From contig NC_043000.1 of NCBI RefSeq assembly GCF_006345805.1, positions 18,662,001-18,726,000 of the forward strand: a DNA stretch of 64,000 nucleotides, in the 5' to 3' direction. This document shows, in pieces, positions 63,487-64,000 of this stretch (position 1 is its first letter; each line of letters opens with the position of its first letter). The translations under genes were made by a program, and so were the position numbers. A model generated the notes under the pieces. The model saw only the letters and a list, made by a program, of their open reading frames with translations, searched no databases and had not been told where the DNA came from. This DNA comes from Octopus sinensis (Eukaryota).

Positions 63487-63872
63487 TAAATATTGATGGT
63501 TGACTTACTACGGTGTTTGGGAACCGCCTATAAGCAGTGATTGATTTTGAATAAAGTGCGTCGAAATTAATAAAAACATTAATGAACAAATAGAAAAAAA
63601 AAATGAAAAAGAAAAGTCAAAACATATGAATACGAAAAAATGTAATAATAGAATAAAAACAAATAAAGGGATCTCTGTCAGGATACTCAGAATACTTTAC
63701 CATTAAATTACAGTTATTCAAACATCTGAACTATTAACCGCATTAATTAAACTGCAAGTGGCTGAATTTGCCCACGACACGGGTACTGTTAAAGTTATGT
63801 TCTGGTGGAATCAGTGGGATACATCGTGTGGCAAAACTGGATCTTTTAATTACTGGTATAATCCATTCGACG

Positions 63873-64000
63873 GAAGGCGGCGAGCTGGCAGAAACGTTAG
63901 CGCGCCGGGCAAAATGCTTAGCGATATTTCGTCTGCCGCTACGTTCTGAGTTCAAATTCCGCCGAGGTCGACTTTGCCTTTCATCCTTCGGGGTTGATTA
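63873..64000 (+). mobile_element. SINE-C, cut by the window end
   Basis: aaggcggcgagctggcagaaacgttagc head. Confidence 0.9.

Overview
AT-rich, microsatellite-dense animal genomic DNA, probably octopus/coleoid cephalopod (inferred from the SINE families and simple-repeat load; not verifiable here). About 80% of the ORF track is microsatellite or repeat artefact. Only one host coding exon is recognisable: the terminal exon of an SLC45-family transporter (54733-54966, minus strand), plus a decayed partial duplicate 3 kb away. The rest is a dense transposon landscape: five tRNA-derived SINE families (over 35 copies, many with target-site duplications, TSDs), RTE, CR1 and R4/Dong-like LINE fragments, a decayed Penelope-like element (RT plus GIY-YIG) with two nested insertions, a near-intact mariner, MITEs and non-autonomous Helitrons including a tandem triplet. 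The main hidden signal is a set of hammerhead ribozyme motifs (HHR; CTGAnGA...GAAA) from about five unrelated sequence families, mostly inside fold-back elements. The most unusual is a ~570-bp palindrome with two outward-facing tRNA-like Pol III heads, each arm carrying a minimal dimer-type hammerhead. It occurs at two loci with the same central junction. A fully canonical type I hammerhead also sits in the loop of a 143-bp inverted repeat. Repeat boundaries were read by eye and are approximate unless a TSD or terminus is quoted.
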